NCBI GenBank assembly: GCA_026990035.1
Contig: JALSIM010000015.1
Location: 5,132-69,131, forward strand
DNA from: Alphaproteobacteria bacterium
Lineage (GTDB): Bacteria > Pseudomonadota > Alphaproteobacteria > Geminicoccales > Geminicoccaceae
Length of the DNA stretch: 64,000 nucleotides
Direction of reading: 5' to 3'
Shown: piece after piece, positions 60,171-64,000 of the stretch
Numbering within the stretch: position 1 is the stretch's first letter
Layout of the letters: the number at the start of each line of letters is the position of its first letter
Notes under the pieces: generated by a model
What the model was told of the DNA's origin: nothing
The model's database searches: none
Seen by the model: only the letters and a program-made list of their open reading frames with translations
Made by a program: the position numbers and the translations under genes

Positions 60171-61721
60171 TCAGCGCGGCGAGGGGGCGCGGCGCCGATA
60201 GGCGATGGCTTCGGCGATGTGGGGCCGGCCGATCGTCTCGGCACCATCGAGATCGGCGATCGTCCGGGCGACCCGGATGATGCGGTGATAGGCCCGGGCC
60301 GAGAGCCGCAGCCGCTCCGCGGCCCGGCGCAGCATCTCCCCGGCGGTCCCGTCGAGGGGGGCGAGCTCGGCGAGCAGCTCGCCATCGAGTTCGGCGTTCA
60401 GCGAAAGATCGGGACGCCCGCGGGCGGCGAGACGCCGCTTCTGCAGTTCACGGGCCTCCGCCACCCGGGCCGCCACCTCCCGGCTGCCTTCGGTCGGCGG
60501 CGGCAGCGCGAGATCGCCGGGCGAGACGGCCGGAACCTCGATATGGATGTCGATGCGGTCGAACAGCGGACCGGAGATCCGGCTCTGATACTGGGCCGCG
60601 CAGCGCGGTGCCCGGGGACAGGCCAGGGCGGGATCGTCGAGATGACCGCAGCGGCAGGGATTCATCGCCGCCACGAGCTGGAACCGGGCGGGATAGGTCA
60701 CATGGAGGCTGGCCCGGGCGATACTCACCCGCCCGCTCTCCATGGGCTGGCGCAGGGCCTCCAGCACGTTGCGGGCGAATTCCGGAAGCTCGTCGAGGAA
60801 CAGGACTCCCTTGTGGGCCAGCGAAACCTCGCCCGGCCGCACGTTGCTGCCGCCGCCCACCATGGCGGCCATCGAAGCGCCGTGATGAGGTGCCCGGAAC
60901 GGACGGGCGCGCGACAGGCGGCCACCGACGAGGCGGCCGCCGACGCTGCGGATCATCCCCACTTCCAGCACCTCTTCCGGGGAGAGTGGCGGAAGCAGTC
61001 CCACGAGACGCGCGGCCAGCATCGACTTGCCGCTGCCGGGCGGCCCCACCATCAGCAGATTGTGGCCGCCCGCGGCGGCGATCTCGAGCGCCCGCTTGGC
61101 GGTTTCCTGCCCCTTGACATCGGCGAGATCGGGATAGTCGGGGGCCTCCTCCACGAGTCCCGCCTTCGGCGGCGCCAGCACCTGATCGCCGCGGATGTGG
61201 TTGACGAGCTGGAGGAGACTCGAAGGGGCGGCGATCGGGACCGCATCGGCGAGCCAGGCCGCTTCGCCGCCGCAGGCCTCGGGACAGATCAACCCCCACT
61301 CCCGGCGTGCCGCCGCCAAAGCCGCCGGAAGGACGCCACCGACCGGCCGGATGGCACCGTCGAGGGCCAGTTCGCCGAGAACGATGCAACCGTCGCAGGC
61401 ATCGGCGGGGATCGCCCCCATCACCGCCAGCAGCCCGAGGGCGATGGGCAGATCGTAATGACTGCCTTCCTTGGCGAGATCGCCCGGCGCCAGATTGACG
61501 GTGATGCGGCGGGTCGGCAGGGCCAGCCCCATGGCGCCCAGCGCCGCCCGGATCCGTTCCCGGCTCTCGGCCACCGCCTTGTCGGGCAGCCCGACGATGG
61601 TGAAGGCCGGCAGGCCGGGGCTGATCTGGACCTCCACCTCGACCTCCACCGCTTCGAGACCGAGCAGGGCGATGGTCTGCACGCGCGCGGTGCGCAGGCT
61701 GGAGGCCGTTCCCCGACCCAT
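60171..61721 (-). CDS. YifB/ComM-family Mg-chelatase-like AAA+ ATPase
   Basis: Has an N-terminal Lon-protease-like domain, the P-loop GPPGSGKSM, and [10 protein letters not shown]. Confidence 0.85.
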   Translation of the reverse strand: MGRGTASSLRTARVQTIALLGLEAVEVEVEVQISPGLPAFTIVGLPDKAVAESRERIRAALGAMGLALPTRRITVNLAPGDLAKEGSHYDLPIALGLLAVMGAIPADACDGCIVLGELALDGAIRPVGGVLPAALAAARREWGLICPEACGGEAAWLADAVPIAAPSSLLQLVNHIRGDQVLAPPKAGLVEEAPDYPDLADVKGQETAKRALEIAAAGGHNLLMVGPPGSGKSMLAARLVGLLPPLSPEEVLEVGMIRSVGGRLVGGRLSRARPFRAPHHGASMAAMVGGGSNVRPGEVSLAHKGVLFLDELPEFARNVLEALRQPMESGRVSIARASLHVTYPARFQLVAAMNPCRCGHLDDPALACPRAPRCAAQYQSRISGPLFDRIDIHIEVPAVSPGDLALPPPTEGSREVAARVAEARELQKRRLAARGRPDLSLNAELDGELLAELAPLDGTAGEMLRRAAERLRLSARAYHRIIRVARTIADLDGAETIGRPHIAEAIAYRRRAPSPR

Positions 61722-61800
61722 CGAGTCTCTCCCGCTGGGAATATGGAGGGGAGATTAAACTGTAAGTTGATGGTCCGGCAAGCCCATCGCGTGGTGACGT

Positions 61801-62409
61801 TCAACCGCGGGGCAGATCGCGGGAGCCGGGCTTCTCCGGCGGAATGGCGGCCAGTTCCGACGGGATTTCCTCGGGCGCGTAGCTCGGCAGATCGAGGGCG
61901 AGGAGCGCGACCAGCGGCACCCCGACCTCGGCGGTGCCGCCGCTCCGATCCACGAGGCAGGCGGCGACCACCACCTCGCCACCCTGCTCCCGAACGCAGG
62001 CGATGCATTCACGGGTGGAAAGGCCGGTGGTCACCACATCCTCGGCGATCGCCACCCGGGCGCCGGCCGGGATGGCGAAACCGCGCCGCAGTACGAACCG
62101 CCCCTCGACCCGTTCGGCGAACATCGACAGGCAGCCGAGCTGCCGGGCCAGCTCGTAGCCGACGATGATCCCGCCCATCGCCGGCGCCACCACGATCTCC
62201 GGTCGCCGGGCGGCGAGCGGCTCCCGCAGGCGGGCGACCAGACGCGCCGCCCGCGCTGGATCGACGAGCAGCCGGGCGCATTGCAGATAGACGGGGCTGT
62301 GCCGCCCCGAACTGAGGATGAAATGACCTTCGAGCAGGGCGCCCGCCGCCCGGAACTCCGCCAGTACGGCGTCCCGCTCGGCGGCGCCGGTGACCACCGG
62401 CTCAGCCAC
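61801..62409 (-). CDS. pyrE: Orotate phosphoribosyltransferase
   Basis: Contains [18 protein letters not shown] and the PRPP motif [11 protein letters not shown]. Confidence 0.9.
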   Translation of the reverse strand: MAEPVVTGAAERDAVLAEFRAAGALLEGHFILSSGRHSPVYLQCARLLVDPARAARLVARLREPLAARRPEIVVAPAMGGIIVGYELARQLGCLSMFAERVEGRFVLRRGFAIPAGARVAIAEDVVTTGLSTRECIACVREQGGEVVVAACLVDRSGGTAEVGVPLVALLALDLPSYAPEEIPSELAAIPPEKPGSRDLPRG

Positions 62410-64000
62410 TCATGCGCTCCACCGCGGTGACCGCCGAAGACATCCGCAGCGCCGCCTTGAGCCGATCGAGTTGCTCCACCCCGTCCACCTCGATATCGAC
62501 GAAGAGTTCGTAGAGATCGGGATTGCGGCGGCCGAACTTGACATCGGTGATGTTGCCGCCCTGCTGGCCGATGGTGGTACTGATCGTCCCCAGTACCCCC
62601 GGCCGGTTGACGGCGAGGATGCGCAGCCGGGCGGCGGCTCGCGGGGCGCTGCCGCGCGTATTCCAGGCGAGTTCGACGAGGCGGTGCTCCCGGTCCGCCA
62701 CCTTCCGCAGGACCCGGCAATCCCGGCGATGGATGTTGACCGCGCGACCGGTTCTGATGACGCCGACGATCTCGTCGCCGCGGATCGGGTGGCAACAGCC
62801 GGCGAACTGGAAGGCGATGCCGCTGGGCAGACCGATGATCGGGCTGTCGGTGGGCTCCGGTACCGGCCGCGCGAGCTTCGAGCCGCGCGGAAAGGGGATC
62901 ACCTTGGCGGCACTGCGACGCGGCCGTTTCAGCTCGGGACGCGCCGCCTCCAGCACCAGCCGGGCGGCGAGCCGGCCCTCGCCGACCGCTGCCAGGAGAT
63001 CGTCGAGGCCCTTGTACTGGAACGCCTGGCGCGCCTGATCGAGCTGCTTTTCGGTGATCTGCACCCGCTCGTTCCTGGCCAGCCGCTGCACCAGTTCCCG
63101 CCCCCGGGCGATGAAGAAATCGCGCTGCTGGATGCGGAGATAGCGGCGGATCCGGGCCCGCGCCTTGCCGGTGACGACGAAGCGCTCCCATTCCGGGGTC
63201 GGCGCGGCCCGCGGACTCGTCAGGATCTCCACCTGATCGCCGTTCTCGAGACGGGTGTCCAGCGGCACCATGCGCCCGTCCACCTTGGCACCGGTGCAAT
63301 GATCGCCGATCTCGGAGTGGACGGCGTAGGCGAAATCGACCGGTGTGGCGCCCCGCGGCAGGACGATGAGATCGCCCCGGGGCGTGAAGCAGAACACCTG
63401 ATCCCGATAGAGGTCGAGCTTGGTGTTCTCGAGAAACTCGTCCGGCTCCGGCGCGTGCTCGAGGATTTCGAGGAGTTCACGGATCCAGCGGTAGCGGCGA
63501 CCTTCGGTGACCTGTTCGCCCTGCTTGTAGGCCCAGTGCGCGGCCACCCCCAGTTCCGCCTCCTCGTGCATTTCCCGGGTGCGGATCTGGATCTCGATCT
63601 TCTTCTGCAGCGGGCCGATGACGGTGGTGTGCAGCGAACGGTAGCCGTTGGGTTTGGGGGTGCTGATGAAATCCTTGAAGCGCCCCGGAAGCATCGCATA
63701 GGCGCCGTGAATGACGCCGAGCGCAGCGTAGCATTCGGCCACGCTGCCGACCATGATGCGGAAGGCCATGATGTCCGAGAGCTGCTCGAAGCTCACGTTC
63801 TTGCGCTGCATCTTGCGCCAGATCGACAGCGGCGATTTCTCGCGGCCGTAGATCCGCGCCTCGATGCCGGCGTCCGCCAGCACCTTCCGGAGTTCGGCGA
63901 CGATGCGCTCGACGAGCCCGGTCTCGTCCCGCTGAAGATGCTCGAGCCGGTGCAGAATGCCGGCACGTGCGTCCGGCCAGAGCTCGGCGAAGGCCAGATC
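62402..64000 (-). CDS. spoT: Bifunctional (p)ppGpp synthetase/hydrolase (RelA/SpoT homologue); the N-terminus lies beyond the right edge
   Basis: Contains synthetase-domain motifs ([27 protein letters not shown]), then TGS and a C-terminal ACT domain. The frame is still open at base 64000. Confidence 0.9.
   Translation of the reverse strand, partial: DLAFAELWPDARAGILHRLEHLQRDETGLVERIVAELRKVLADAGIEARIYGREKSPLSIWRKMQRKNVSFEQLSDIMAFRIMVGSVAECYAALGVIHGAYAMLPGRFKDFISTPKPNGYRSLHTTVIGPLQKKIEIQIRTREMHEEAELGVAAHWAYKQGEQVTEGRRYRWIRELLEILEHAPEPDEFLENTKLDLYRDQVFCFTPRGDLIVLPRGATPVDFAYAVHSEIGDHCTGAKVDGRMVPLDTRLENGDQVEILTSPRAAPTPEWERFVVTGKARARIRRYLRIQQRDFFIARGRELVQRLARNERVQITEKQLDQARQAFQYKGLDDLLAAVGEGRLAARLVLEAARPELKRPRRSAAKVIPFPRGSKLARPVPEPTDSPIIGLPSGIAFQFAGCCHPIRGDEIVGVIRTGRAVNIHRRDCRVLRKVADREHRLVELAWNTRGSAPRAAARLRILAVNRPGVLGTISTTIGQQGGNITDVKFGRRNPDLYELFVDIEVDGVEQLDRLKAALRMSSAVTAVERMSG

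Overview
This is a high-GC (about 70%) chromosomal segment that looks alphaproteobacterial in gene content and order. It is densely coding, and I saw no rRNA, tRNA, CRISPR array, transposase or integrase. Gene starts below were re-picked by eye from the ORF track, because many track ORFs carry spurious N-terminal extensions or are antisense artefacts of the GC content.

**Content, left to right**
1. 1-2322: a PqqD-like/HPr-kinase-like fusion protein, cut by the left edge, coupled to a nucleotidyltransferase-like gene.
2. 2363-3772: an FnrL-type regulator and a candidate FNR box in a divergent promoter.
3. 3769-8692: inositol genes (iolE, iolD, iolG) interrupted by a CDF metal exporter.
4. 8808-10024: two tandem Uma2-family nuclease genes.
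5. 10085-17298: clpB, panC, a DHDPS-family gene, a ZIP transporter, a Zn alcohol dehydrogenase and yqgE.
6. 17386-29830: a 12.4 kb cobalamin cluster of the oxygen-independent type (cobO, cobQ, cobD, cbiX, cobH, cobL, cobI, cbiG-cobJ fusion, cobM, cobK, cbiD, cobB).
7. 29948-31618: a GMC oxidoreductase.
8. 31512-38748: a glycan-modification cluster with a GT4 glycosyltransferase, a CapK/PaaK-like adenylating enzyme, a pyruvyl transferase and a flippase flanked by two paralogous LpxL-like proteins.
9. 38773-50353: an accessory-looking island with an amino-acid-type ABC importer, an RpiR regulator, a glutamine-synthetase-like gene, a Mur-ligase-like gene lacking the N-terminal domain, two paralogous isochorismatase-family hydrolases, an N-formylglutamate-amidohydrolase-family gene and a CitE-like lyase.
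10. 50681-51628: a TctA remnant.
11. 51618-64000: housekeeping genes (sat/cysC, parC, recO, era, rnc, lepB, acpS, pdxJ, yifB, pyrE, and a relA/spoT homologue running off the right edge).

**Best candidates for something not yet described**
- The PqqD(RRE)-kinase fusion with its coupled nucleotidyltransferase at the left edge.
- The GS-like / Mur-ligase-like pair, with a 43-codon upstream ORF coupled to the ligase gene by an ATGA overlap.
- The paralogous LpxL-like proteins bracketing the flippase.

All family assignments come from motif recognition by eye. No database search was run.
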